Made by a program: the position numbers and the translations under genes | Notes under the pieces: model-generated | The model's database searches: none | Told to the model about the DNA's origin: nothing | Seen by the model: the letters and a program-made list of their open reading frames with translations, nothing else | Shown here: positions 37,572-50,507 of the stretch, piece after piece | How the letters are laid out: each line of letters opens with the position of its first letter | How positions within the stretch are numbered: position 1 is the stretch's first letter | Assembly (NCBI RefSeq): GCF_036365525.1 | Contig: NC_090395.1 | Coordinates: forward strand, 30,045,813-30,109,812 | Direction: 5' to 3' | Length of the DNA stretch: 64,000 bases | Source: Heterodontus francisci | Lineage: Eukaryota

Positions 37572-40500
37572 TTTTTTAAATTTATTCATTCATGGGATGT
37601 GGGCGTCGCTGTCTAGGCCAGCATTTATTGCCCATCCCTAAATGCCCTTGAGAAGGTGGTGGTGAGCTGCCTTCTTGAACCGCTGCAGTCCATTTGGGGT
37701 AGGTACACCCATAGTGCTGTTAGGAAGGGAGTTCCAGGATTTTGACTCAGCGACAGTGAAGGAACGGTGATATAGTTCCAAGTCAGGATGGTGTTTGACT
37801 TGGAGGGGAACTTGCAGGTGATGGTGTTCCCATGCATTTACTGCTCTTGTCCTTCTAGTTGTTAGAGGTCGTGGGTTTAGAAGGTGCTGTCTAAGGAGCT
37901 TTGGTGCATTGCTGCAGTGCATCTTGTAGATGGTACACACTGCTGCCATTGTGTGTCAGTGGTGGAGGGAGTGAATGTTTGTGGATGAGATGCCAATCAA
38001 GCGGGCTGCTTTGCCCTGGATGGTGTCGAGCTTCTTGAGTGTTGTTGGAGTGGCACCCATCCAGGCAAGTGGAGAGTATTCCATCACACTCCTGACTTGT
38101 GCTTTGTAAATGGTGGACAGGCTTTGGGGAGTCAGGAGGTGAGTTACTCGCCTCAGGATTCCTAGCCTCTGACCTGCTCTTGTAGCCACAGTATTTATAT
38201 GGCTACTCCAGTTCAGTTTCTGGTCAATGGTAGCCCCTAGGATGTTGATAGTGGGGGATTCAGCAATGGTAATGTCATTGAATGTCAAGGGGAGATGGTT
38301 AGATTCTCTCTTGTTGGAGATGGTCATTGCCTGGCACTTGTGTGGCGTGAATGTTACTTGCCACTTATCAGCCCAAGCCTGGATGTTGTCCAGGTCTTGC
38401 TGCATTTCTGCATGGACTGCTTCAGTATCTTAGGAATCATGCATGGTGCTGAACATTGTGCAATCATCAGCGAACATCCCCACTTCTGACCTTATGATTG
38501 AAGGAAGGTCATTGATGAAGCAGCTGAAGATGGTTGGATGGCACAGTGGCATAGTCGTTAGCACCGCTGCCTCACAGCTCCAGCGACCCGGGTTCAGTTC
38601 TGGGTACTGCCTGTGTGGAGTTTGCAAGTTCTCCCTGTGTCTGCGTGGGTTTCCACTGGGTGCTCCGGTTTCCTCCCACAGCCAAAGACTTGCAGGTTGA
38701 TAGATAAATTGGTCATTGTAAATTGCCCCGAGTCTAGGTAGGTGGTAGGAGAATGGTGGGGATGTGGTAGAGAATATGGGGTTAATGTAGGATTAGTATA
38801 AATGGGTGGTTGTTGGTTGGCACAGACTCGGTGGGCCGAAGGGCCTGTTTCAGTGCTGAATCTCTAAATAAAATATAAAAACCATCTTCCTTTGCGCTAG
38901 GTATGACTCCAGCCAGTGGAGGGTATTCCCATTGACCTCAGTTTTGCTTGGGCTCCTTGATGCCATACTTGGTCAAATGCTGCCTTGATGTCAAGGGCAG
39001 TCACTCTCACCTCACCGCTTGAATTCAGCTCTTTTGTCCATGTTTGGACCAAGGCTGTAATGAGGTCAGTAGCTGAGTGGCCCTGGCGGAACCCAAACTG
39101 AGCATCACTGAGCAGGTTATTGCTAAGCAAGTGCCACTTGACAGCACTGTCAATGACACCTTCCATTACTTTACTGATGATTGAGAGTAGGCTGATGGGG
39201 CGGTAATAGGCCGGGTTGGACTTGTCCTGCTTTTTGTGTACAGGACATACCTGGGCAATTTTTCACATTGCAGGGTAGATGCCAGTGTTGTAGCTGTACT
39301 GGAACAGCTTGGCTAGGGGTGCGGCAAGTTCTGGAGCACAGGTCTTCAGTACTATTGCTGGAATATTGTCAGGACCCATAGCCTTTGCAGTATCCAGTGC
39401 CCTCAGTCGTTTCTTGATATCACGCGGAGTGAATCGAATTGGCTGAAGTCTGGCATCTGTGATGCTGGGGACTTCAGGAGGAGGCCGAGATGAATCATCA
39501 ACTCAACGCTTCTGGCTGAAGATTGTTGCAAATGCTTCAGCCTTATCTTTCGCAGCGATGTGCTGGGCTCCCCCATCATTGAGGATGGGGATATTTGTGG
39601 AGCCACCTCCTCCAGTTAGTTGTTTAATTGTCCACCACCATTCACGGCTGGATGTGGCAGGACTGCAGAGCTTGGATCTGATCTGTTGGTTATGGGATCG
39701 CTTAGCTCTGTCTATCGCATGCTGCTTATGCAGTTTGGCACGCAGCTAGTCCTGTGTTGTAGTTTCACCAGGTTGACACCTCATTTTGAGGTATGCCTGA
39801 TGCTGCTCCTGGCATGCCCTCCTGCACTCTTCATTGAACAAAGGTTGGTCTCCTGGCTTGATGGTAATGGTAGAGTGGGGGATATGCCGGGCCATGAGGT
39901 TACAGATTGTTGTTGAGTACAACTCTGCTGCTGCTGATGGCCCCACAGTGCCTCATGGATGCCCAGTTTTGCATTGCTAGATCTGTTCGAAATCTATCCC
40001 ATTTAGCACGGTGGTAGTACCACACAACACGATAGAGGGTATCCTCAATGTGAAGGCGGGACAAGGACTGTGCATTGGTCACTCCTACCAATACAGTCAT
40101 GGACAGATGCATCTGTGGCAGGCAGATTGGTGATGACGAGGTCAAATATGTTTTCCCCTCTTGTTGGTTCCCTCACTACCTGCCGCATACCCAGTCTAGC
40201 AGATATGTCCTTTAGGACTTGGCCAGTAGTGGTGCTACCAAGCTACTCTTGGTGATGGACATTGAAATCCTCCACCCAGAGTACATTCTGCACCCTTGCC
40301 CCCCTCAGTGCTTCCTCCAAATGCTGTTCATCATGGAGGAGTACTGACTCATCAGCTGAGGGAGGGCGGTAGGTGGTAATCAGCAGGAGGTTTCCTTGCT
40401 CATGTTTGACCTGATGCCATGAGATTTCATGGGGTCCACAGTTGATGTTGAGGACTCCCAGGGCAACTCCCTCCCGACTGTATACCACTGTGCCGCCACC

Positions 40501-41060
40501 TCTGGTGAGTCTAGACATACTGGGGGATGGTGATGGCAGTGTCTGGGACATTGTCTGTCAGGTATGATTCCGTGAGTTTGACTATGTCAGGCTGTTGCTT
40601 GACTAGTCTGTGGGACAGCTCTCCCAACTTTGGCATAAGCCCCCAAATGTTAGTAAGGAGGACTTTGCAGGGTGGACAAGGCTGGGTTTGCCATTGTCAT
40701 TTCTGGTGCCTAGATCACTGCCGGGTTTCATTTTATTGACTTCGTAGCGGTTAGATACAACTGAATGGCTTGCTAGGCCATTTCATAGGGCTTGTAAGAG
40801 TCAACCACATTGCTGTGTGTGTGGAGTCACATGTAAGCCAGCAGATTTCCTTCCCTAAGGGGCATTAGTGAACCAGATGGGTTTTTAATAACAACCGACA
40901 ATGGTTTAATAGCCATCATTAGATGGCTTTTAATTCCAGATTTATTAATTGAATTCAAATTCCACCTTATCTGTGGTGAAATTCAAACCCATTTCCCCAG
41001 AGCAATATCCTGGGTCTCTGGGTTACTGGTCCAGTGACAATACCACCACCCCACCACCAC
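37572..41060 (-). mobile_element. Near-full-length tRNA-headed APE-RT LINE; copy 2
   Basis: Colinear with 14881-18451; YRPP, EDFNVHH, QFGFR, LDIKAAFD, FADD motifs; head at ~40757-41060. Confidence 0.92.
38538..38880 (+). mobile_element. HE1-type V-SINE replacing ~70 bp of the host LINE
   Basis: HE1 sequence; LINE bases equivalent to 15883-15954 are missing at this site. Confidence 0.9.
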
Positions 41061-41231
41061 AGGGCACAATAAAAGGCCAAAACTAGGAAAAGGTGCAACC
41101 ATGTCGCAAACTCTTGCTTTAATTGAGATAACAACTATCAACATTATTGGCAGAAGAAGGAGGTACAGTGTTAATGTAATCTCCCATAACCAGTCCTTAC
41201 CGTATAACCCTTGCCATTCCCCTGTTTATAC

Positions 41232-42124
41232 TATTACGACCAGGTGGGAAGCGGTCTAGGGGTTTCCTCTCAGCCTTTGCCTGGTTTAACCGTAACAGGG
41301 TTTAATTTTAAAACACCGTGTTTTTAGCTCCCCCTCAGTGAATCCTTGTTCACTGCTCCAATTGTAAGGCAAAGAAATCAAACAGGTTTCCTTAGATTTA
41401 AAAAAGAAAGGTAGAAGTTTATTCATCTTAAACTCTAATCCAGTTAACAACTACAAATATGCGATGCGACCACGCTAGCATGCATACACGATAAACACAC
41501 ATGCAGATAGAGACAGAAAAAGTCGAAGGAATAAAGGGGTAAAGTTTGATGCAATATCTGGTAGTTACAGTTCTTTAAGTTCAATGTGGAGTCTTTGGTT
41601 GCCAGTAAGTCTTGCAATTTGTTGGGGCCCAGTTCACGCTTCAACTTGTTCTGATGTAGGAGTCTTTTCTCTCTTGAGGTTAATGTGTCTTCTGGTGGGG
41701 AGAAAACGAGAGAGAGAGAGGGGCTTCCTTGTTCCAGCTTCAGTTGCACACTGCCTTCTGTTCCTCACTGTGTGGCACAATTCAAAAAACCCCAGTTTGC
41801 CCAGCAGGTTAGTCATGTGACCAGCTCCTTATTTGGAACAGTCTCTCCTGCGAGGTGTGTGGATTGTATTACCTTAGCAGGTTCTGGAATGTGCTTCCTT
41901 ACACCTTCAATGTCTGGTGATCAAAATCCATTTGGGTTACTTGGAGCAGGGAATAGTCCTTTGTTTTCACAAGCAGCATTCTCTTAGTATGCAAATGTCC
42001 TTCCAGCCCAGTGTCTGGTGATCTTCAAACAAGTCATTTCTTCACTCCAGCAACAGTTTAAAATCAATGTTCATATGACAAAATTAATATGCCTCATTCT
42101 TGGCAGGTGGGGGTCTGCATGACA
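41232..42124 (-). mobile_element. Solo LTR, 893 bp, 4-bp TSD ATAC
   Basis: tattacgacc...gcatgaCA termini; ATAC at 41228-31 and 42125-28. Confidence 0.75.
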
Positions 42125-42669
42125 ATACTCACTCACTATTTTCCTATCTTGACTTTTTCGTATATTACAAATAACTGACCTAAAATCTTGAGAGATGTGG
42201 AGCAGAGGTGAGGGTACCTCAATTTCCGCCTGGACCGGTTGCCAGAAAACTGGAAAATGGACATTCACAATGGATGGATATCACACATGTGAAGTATATC
42301 TCCAATATGTCTACTGAATGCAGGATAGCCCTATCAACAAAGGATTCTTAAATTAAAACCATTTAAAGAATGACTGATGCAGAGGAACTTTAAAATGAGT
42401 GGCTGGAAGGTTACCTTCTCTAATTTAAGGGCCCTGCTGTATTCAGTTCTGGTTCCATCTGCTCACAGCAGCTACTGGATTGATGCACAGTGGGTTGGCG
42501 CATCAGTCAATTCCCCAGGTCTATTAAGTTCAATCATGGCCCAGTAGGGAGGTATTTGGCTTCTGTTCAGTATCACTTCAGGAGAAGACTGGAAAAATAA
42601 TGAAAGAGCATCCCTGGGCCCATAAGATGCAGGCATTAACAGATAAAAACTAAAATGTAATTCTTACAT

Positions 42670-42872
42670 ACGGAACTTTCACCCCTGGGACCCTGATTCA
42701 AATCCAACCTATCCAAATGAGGTGACAATCTCCTATGCCTGCTGACTGCGAGAAAAAAAAGACATTTATATACACCTTTCAAAACCTCAAGATGTCCCAA
42801 TGTGCTTTACAGCCAATGAAATACTTTGTAGGGAGCTTATATGAAATGAGTTTGGCCCATCTCAGTCCAGCC
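42670..42872 (+). mobile_element. LF-SINE-like relic split by an inverted L2-type SINE tail (42752-42830)
   Basis: 'ctttcacccctgggaccctgattcaaatcca' and 'ttatatgaaatgagtttggcccatctcagtccag' resemble recalled LF-SINE segments. Confidence 0.5.
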
Positions 42873-44257
42873 GACAGCAATGGGATGAAGGATGGGATAC
42901 CATTCTGAATTTGGGATCTATGTGCATTATTGAAGGAGAAAGAGAGAAAAGGTGGAGCATTAACTGTGCTATATCTGATCTAAGAGAGTCTGATCTTGAC
43001 ATTGGCTGCTCAAGTTGGAAAATGTGTCACTCCCAGCACCAATATTCCTCACTAGAAGTGTTTTACCCTAATGACTAACTGGGCCTGAGGTATCACCTCA
43101 AATCAGATTAATAACACCTTAGTGACTGGGAGTGCCAAGAATTCTATAGTTTATTTTTCACTGAGCTGGTATGTGAAGTGACTTTTGGGCAGACAATTGA
43201 TTCAAGAATGTGACAATTAGTACTTTATTGAAACAAACAGATTTTGTCTGCTTTTATGAAACCTGCTGCACATTGCGATAACCACCCGACCCATTCGGAC
43301 ATTTCACCCTTCGGTGATGGGAAGAATCTTAATGATATAATCTGAAGTGATTTGGAGGTCCTGCCATGTCTTCTGTTTAATTGGAATCCTTCAGGAGAGA
43401 CAATAAGGGACGACATACTCTTCTGAAACCATGATTAATATGTAGGAAGTGACAAAAAAGCTGTCACTTATCCATGTTAAAAATATTCCACTGACAGATT
43501 CATTTTAATTCTGCAGAGCGACTCACTCAGCTGTCAGTGAAGACAAGAGGCCAGCCTAATGCCAATCAGTTTGTAAAATGACTGTTAAAAGCCCTGGTTA
43601 AATGCTGTGCTGGAACCAAGTCCTTATTTTAGTGTAGAGCTTTTTTAGAGGCCAATTATCACAGTGCAGTTACAGCACAATCCTTGCTAGCTTTCTACAA
43701 GTTATATGCACAGTTTTATGTCATTGAGTGCTGGGTAAAATGATTTTGAATTTCTACATTTATTGTAGGACAGAGGACTTGGGATGCTGAGGGACAACAG
43801 ATTAACGACCAATTAATCATCTGCATTATAATTAGAATTTGTGGTTTTGTGATTTAATATAGCAAAGTGATTAACTCTGATAAAGCTGTTTTTTTAGGGG
43901 ATTCAATAAAAAGATGTTCATTTCAGATAAGCTGCCCATTTTTTTAATGTAGATTCTTTATACACTCAGTTGACCACATTGCAACACTGGAGCTAATTTT
44001 GACTCAAGCTTCCATTTTTGGTTGCCTCTGAGAAACCGTGAAAGAATTGGGGGGTTGGTCATTTAGAACAGATTTATTTATTTGGGGTACTTAACTTTTC
44101 ATTGTTTCCTCACTTTTTTTTCACTTTCTTAAACTATGCATCACCTGTGACCGTGAGAGTACAAAGCTCCCAAAAAATACACACACGTGGCCAGCATGTG
44201 CAGCTGGCGAGCCTGGATGCAGGCCGTGTGAACCCACGTCAAGGTGATCTTGAAGGG

Positions 44258-44875
44258 AAAACATGGACACTGTACAGCAGACATCTCAAAGCCCTGGAGA
44301 GATATCACCAGCAGTGCCTCCGCAAGATCCTGCAAATTCAGTGGCAGGACAGGTGCTCCAATATCAGTGTCCTCTCTCAGGCCAACATCCCCAGTATTGA
44401 AACACTGGTCATGGCTAGTTAGTTATGTGGGCAGGCCACATCATCCGCATGCCTGACGCAAGACTCCCAAAACAAATTTTCTATTATGAGCTGCGCCACG
44501 GCAAGACGCTACCAGGAGAGCAGAGGAAATGCTACCAGGATGTCCTGAAAGCTTTCCTGAAAAAATGTGACATTTCCACTGATTCGTGGGAATCTCTTGC
44601 CCGAAACCATCCAAAATGGAGAAGAAGCATCTGCAAAGGTACCAGCCAGTTCGAACAACGTCGACATGCCCAGGCAGTGATAAAGTGCAAACAGCGGAAG
44701 GAGCATTCGGAATTTCGAGCATCCCATTCACTCGCCTCCCCAAACACCACCTGCCCCACCTGTGGCTGAGTGTGCAGATCCACAATTGGACTATTCAGTC
44801 ACCTAAGGATCCACAAACCTGGAGTGGAAGAAAGTCATCCTCGTTCCTGAGGGACTGACTAAGAGAGAGAGAGAC
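44258..44875 (+). mobile_element. RTE-clade LINE 3' fragment
   Basis: WTLYSRHLKALERYHQQCLRKIL, WAGHIIRMPDARLPKQIFY, CPTCG; (GA)n tail; same family as 35485. Confidence 0.9.
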
Positions 44876-45529
44876 AAAGCTCCCAGGTCTAGACATGTGC
44901 AATTCCAAATCAGCTCGTAAATGTATCCCAAGGACCACTTTCTCTCCATTCTATCCTTATGCCTCCCATAGACAGAAGAAAGGAGAGGAGAGCTAGGGAG
45001 AGCGCAGAGCAGCAGCAGAGGGAGGGGAAGAAAGCTCTTATGTAGGACACATGGTCTGTTAAAAATTGTTGTTTAACCATATTCTATGGAAACTCAAACA
45101 TTAAGGGGCCCATACTTATCTCTTAACTATTACAGTTCTCTCCAATGCTGGCGGCATTCTAACTGGATTGTTAAATATTAGTTTTAAGATGTAACTATCA
45201 CATCTATGCTGCATGGTGCTTTGGAACCTGGAGATTCCTATCAGAATTTCTGTACAGCTCCATCTGTTGCAGTCTTTAGGACATGCATTTTTAATATTTA
45301 ATTTTTAAAAATTTATAAGTAAATTTGTTTTTAGAACTGTTTTCAACCTTCTCAGGCTTTCCCTTATCCCGCACTATGACGTCTGGCCTCAGCCTTTTTT
45401 ATTTGGCTATCCATTGAACATGGGGAGGGAAGGTCAAGTGTAAAAGGGGTTAGTGGACAGGGCATAATTGGATTAGGCACTGCAGACATAATTCCAATCC
45501 CCAGTATAAAGCTATATATTATATATTGG

Positions 45530-45820
45530 GGGCTGGCGCAGTGGTTAGCATCGCAGCCTCACAGCTCCAGTGACCCAGGTTCGGTTCTGGGTACTGCCTG
45601 TGCGTGGGTTTTCACCGGGTGCTCTGGTTTCCTCCTACAGCCAAAGACTTGCAGGTTGATAGGTAAATTGGCCATTGTAAATTGCCCCTAGTGGTAGGAG
45701 AATGGTGGGGATGTGGTAGGGAATATGGGATTAATGTAGGATTAGTATAAATGGGTGGTTGTTGGTTAGCACAGACTCAGTGGGCCGAAGGGCCTGTTTC
45801 AGTGCTGTATCACTCTATTA
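45530..45820 (+). mobile_element. HE1-type V-SINE with a small internal deletion
   Basis: HE1 head and tail; lacks 'tggagtttgcaagttctccctgtg'. Confidence 0.88.
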
Positions 45821-47495
45821 CAACTTAATTTTTCTATAATACTTTGACAAACCTTATGGTATTTTGTTAAGCATCGGTGATTGGAATATGAGTTTCTCTG
45901 CAGTATAGGCTGAGGAGCTGGGCAATACCAAACTGACGTGTTAAGTAAGGTGCCCTCACTGGTAAGAAGGTGTAACTACAGGGTGATAAATTTACATCTG
46001 GCTGAGGGGTAATGACACCTTCCTCCGAGGTGAAAGCTCCCCGCTTGGCTCTATCTTCCATCAATTGCATCGCTCAGATAGTCGCAGTGATGTCACCACA
46101 TCACATCTTGGTTAGTCCCCTTACTCCTCTAGTACTCTCTCCGCCTTTGAGCTTTGCACTTTGTTCCACCCCTCATCTTTCATTCAAAAGCCTTATACTC
46201 TATCACCCACCAACACCACCCCTGCCCCCCCCTCCTCTACAGTACCAGGCCACGTTTTCACTGAGACAACTTCACTGCTTTCCTTCCTCAGCCTCTGCAC
46301 TTCTAACTCAATTCATCACGCTTTCTCCCCTCTAAGTTGAATGCTGCCTTATCCTCCCTTAATCTCTCCATATAAACTCTCCAACCTATATTTATGGCAA
46401 CCCGTTCACCTTGCCATCTCACCTGGCCTTGATACGATGGGGGTAGCAATCACATATAAGGCCATCTCTGATCATTCTCCAGCCACATCCCTGTTTACTC
46501 TTCCAACCGTACTTCCTTCAGTGTCCATCCCAGAAGAAACTCTCTCCCAATTCACTTACAGTAGCACATTCAAAATCCCAACTGTATAGCCTTTGGTCCT
46601 CCATTCACGACAACATTTCTGCAGCTATCGATCTGCTCAGCTACACCCTAACCTCAGATGCCCTAGTCCCCATTAAAACCATTACCCTCTTTCACCCTAG
46701 CCATTCCTCTGGTACAGCCCTCATCTCTGCTCTCTTAAGTCCAAGGAAGGCAGACTTGAAAGGATATGGCAGACAACCTGTTTAGCCATTCATTGCTGGA
46801 CCATATAAAGCACTATTGGGTCCTGCTCTCATCTAGCAAAACTGCTCACTATTTATCCTGGAATGCAAAGAAAACCTCTGGCTTCTTTTTTCTACAGCAG
46901 TCTCCTCCTCTCCTCCACACTCACCTCCAACAAGTGCAAGGACCTCATGGATTTCTTTGTCAATAAAATTGAGATCATCCAATCTGCTGTCTCTGCCACC
47001 TCCTTCCCTTCCCCTAGCCCACTGGGACAAACTTTCTCTGAGGTCCCCTCTGTCCTAGCTCTGAATTTGCATCTTTCTGTAGTTTCTCTCCTATCTCCCC
47101 TCATGCCCTCTTGAAGCTTATCTTGTCCATGAGACCCACCTCCTGCTCCCTCGACCTTATTTCCATTAAACTGCTGAACACCCAACTTCCCTTCCTAGCT
47201 CCCATGTTAGCTGATATTGTTAATGGTTCTCTCACCCCAGGTACTATCTCCCTTTCCTTCAAATCTGCCGCTATCATGCCTCTTGTCCAAAAATCTAAAC
47301 CTTTTCATTGTAAGTACTGCTCCATCTCCAAACTCTAAATCCTCTCCAAAGTCCTTGAACATGTTGTCACCTCCCAAATCCACACCTATCTTTCCTGGAA
47401 TTTCACGTTTGAATCCCTCCAATTATGTTTCCAATTACTTGCCACAGTACTGAAACGACTGTAATCAGAGTCACAAATGACATCCTGGGTGACTG

Positions 47496-47700
47496 TTGTT
47501 GTATATTGTTGTCACCTATTGAGTGTTGTCTACAAAAGTCTTGGGTTCCTTGTTGGGCTAAAGAATAAGTCTCCACAAGCCTGTCTCGCCACATCTATCT
47601 TCTTCCCAGCTTAATCCCCATGTGACTATCCCATCATCACAGTGGGCGGGGTTTACTCTCTGTCTCAAACATTAACTCTTTCAGGCCCTTATATTATAAC
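47496..47700. mobile_element. Short solo LTR inside L2, related to 58693-58933
   Basis: tgttgtata start; shares 'catcatcacagtggg(c/a)gg..ttactc' with 58870; L2 resumes at 'tgtgacaa'. Confidence 0.55.
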
Positions 47701-48410
47701 TGTGACAAAATCAAGCTAACCCTTCTCATCCCCTCGACCTGTCTGCAGCCTTTGACATGATTGCCCACACTATCCTTCTCCAATGTTGTCCGGCTGGGTG
47801 GAACTGTTCTCGCCTGGTTCCATTCTTATTTATCTAATTGTAGCCAGAGAATGGCTGCTCTTTCCATTCATGCTTTTACCTCCAGTATCCCCCCAAGGAT
47901 CAATCCTTGGCCCCCTCCATTTCTCATCTTACATGCTTCTCTTCAGCAACATCATCCAAAAACACAGTGTCAGTTTCCACGTATACACTGACAGCACCCA
48001 GCTCTACCTCACCACCACCGCTTTTGATCCCTGCACTGTCTCTAATTTGTCAGACTGTTTGTCTGACATCTGGTATTGGAAAAGCAGAAATTTCCTCCAA
48101 ATAACTATTGGGAAGGATGCAACCATTGACTTTGGTCCCCACCACACTCCGTTCCCTAGCAATTGACTCCATCTCTCTCCCTGGCAACTGTCTGAAGTGG
48201 AACCAGCACTAAGACTGTTTATTTCTACCTCTGTAACATCACTTGACTCTGCCCCTGCTTCAGCCTGTCGGCTGCTGAAACCCTCATCCATTCCTATGTT
48301 ATCTCTAGACTTGACAATTCCAATGCACTTCTGGCTGGCCTCCCACATTCTACCCCCAATAAACTTGAAGTCATCCCAAACTCTGATGCCTATGTCCTAA
48401 CTCACACCAA

Positions 48411-49111
48411 GGGCTGGATATTATTCCGGCGACAGGGGTCCCGGTGGCAGGCCGGAAGGTGGTGGGGAGAACCTGCCTCGGGCCTCCGTCGAACTCTGTT
48501 TGCTATTTCACAGTGGACAGCCAATTAACTGCCTGCTGTCAGGGACACTGTCCCTTTAAGTGACAAGCTCTCACCTCCAGAGCTGCTAGCCAATAGGAGG
48601 CCCTGCAGTACGAAGACTGGAGAAGACCCTGGGACAAGCAAGTAGGGTCGTGGTCACTGGGGCCAGTCAGGCACACCCGGCAATGGGTTATTGGGGGGTT
48701 GAGATTGGTGAGAGTCGGGGGGGGGGGGGGGGGGGGGGGGATCTTCCCGGGGGAGGGGGTGGTGATCACTGCTAGGGGACACTCCGGGGGCCCTGGATTG
48801 CCCCCAAAAGAGGGACCCTCCCCCGACCCCACTAGGAGGCTGCCAAGCTTTACCTGATGACGTCTCCCCGTGGTGGCAGGCCCCTCCACCTTCTACAAAA
48901 TTAAGGTGGAGGCAGGAAAAGGCCCTTAGGAGGCCAATAATTGGACACCTAAGGGCCTCAATTAGCCTCGCGCAGGAAAACCATCCTCGGCCTTACCCTG
49001 CCCAGACAAAATGGCAGAGGGCCAGGGCAGCATTGGGAATGGCACCCCCTGCCATGTTGTTTGCCCCCCTGCCTTTGTTTTTGCTTCCAAGGGCAACACC
49101 AAATTCTGCCT
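48411..49111. mobile_element. Harbinger-type MITE inside L2
   Basis: Termini gggctggatatt / aaattctgcct; CAA/CAG flanks; L2 is colinear across it. Confidence 0.7.
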
Positions 49112-49844
49112 CAGGTTTTGTTCAGCCATTGCCCCTGTTCTCACTGAACTACATTGGCTCCTGGTTAAGCAATGCCTCGATTTTAAAATTCTCATCCTTG
49201 TTTTCAAATTCCTCCATGGCTTCATCCCTCCCTCTGTCTGTAAACTCCTCCGTCCCCACAACCCTCCTAGAAATCCAGCCCCTTGATTTTAATCGCTCCA
49301 CTATTTGTGGTCATTCCTTCAGCTGCTGAGGCCCTAACTTCTGGGATCCCTCCAAAAACCTCCACTCTTCACCTCTCTTTCCTGCTTTAGATGCTCCTTA
49401 AAACCTATCTCTTTGACCAAGCTTTTGGTCATCTTTTCTAATATCTGTTATGTGGCTTGGTCCCAAATTTTGTTTTCGATCCTGTGAGACACTTTGTAGC
49501 ATTTTCTTATGTTAAAGGTGCTATATAAATACAAACTATTGTTGTTATTACATAGATAATTTCCATATAAATGTGAATGTAGGCATCATTTGCTGAAGTC
49601 TTTGGAGTGAGGCTTGAATACGTAACCTTCTGAGTCCAGAGAGTATTACCACTGAGCTGCAGTTGACACAGTTCATACCACAAATAACTAAGACCATTAT
49701 AAATATGTTAGAACTTGTTTGTAACTTCGAACTTTTTCTTTTGCAGTTTTAAGATGTGCCCTATCTAGGTGATTCGGACTCTGCCTTGCTTCTGCCTGTG
49801 TTTGTTGATTGGCACAGCCAAGGTTCGGTGGGCAGCATTCTATT

Positions 49845-49947
49845 TTCTGATGAAAGGTCCATCGAACTGAAATGTTAACTCTGTTTCTCTCTCCACAGCT
49901 GCTGCCTGACCTGCTGAGTATTTCCAGCACTTCTTGTTTTATTTCAG
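49845..49947 (+). mobile_element. Third hammerhead-core Penelope-derived fragment
   Basis: CTGATGA-AAGGTC..GAAATGTTAAC with the same downstream body. Confidence 0.65.
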
Positions 49948-49959
49948 CTTGTCCTGCTC

Positions 49960-50507
49960 TGCGTCTTCTCTGCTCATTCTCCCAGTCATGCTATTGGCCA
50001 AGGGGAATGCAAACTACTGGACCCCTGTCTGGGAGCAAGTGATCTGAGAAGAATCCTTGAAGTCAGGACAATGTCCTTCAGCACATGCTATGTCACTCCC
50101 TGTAGACTTCAGTAACTTTAAATAACACTGGAAACCACCAAACACTTCTACAATCATAGCAGCCAGTGGAACTCAATCTGCAACCAACCTGGACATAGTT
50201 GATGATCCCTTTAAATAGTGCTGGTGGGTTGTCCTTTCTCCTGCTGAATGTATGTTCAGCTGTGCAAGGTTAAGAGTCGACATCAGTGAGAATGTTGAAC
50301 TCCAAAGTAGCCACGCTGCCATTAAATCAGCATTGTGTGCGGAGTGACATCACGATCTGCCTACTCTGCTACTTTAAGCTAACGCCCTCATCAAAATGGT
50401 GTGAACAACACCCGTAGTATGCTTGCTAGCTGCGAACGCCATTTTGGAAGCAAAACGGTACATGTAGCATAGAAAAAACAGGTGCTATGCATCTGAATTT
50501 TGCAGCC
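49960..50507 (-). mobile_element. Harbinger terminal fragment homologous to 29530-29990
   Basis: Shared 'gggagcaagtgat..gaatccttgaagtca..cacatgc' and 'tttaaatagt.ctggtgg'; ends gaattttgcagcc. Confidence 0.6.

Larger units (their letters stand above)
46020..49547 (+). mobile_element. Long decayed L2 LINE (ORF2 plus 3' UTR) with nested insertions
   Basis: PTSCSLDLISIKLL..LADIVNGSL, PQGSILGPL, YTDSTQLY, LHWLLVKQCLDFKIL; L2 tail 'ggtgctatataaatacaaactattgttgtt'. Confidence 0.88.

Noticed and set aside
48716-48740. Long poly-G run as a regulatory element
   Set aside because: Lies inside a MITE; similar G-runs occur in the MITE at 31543-32340.
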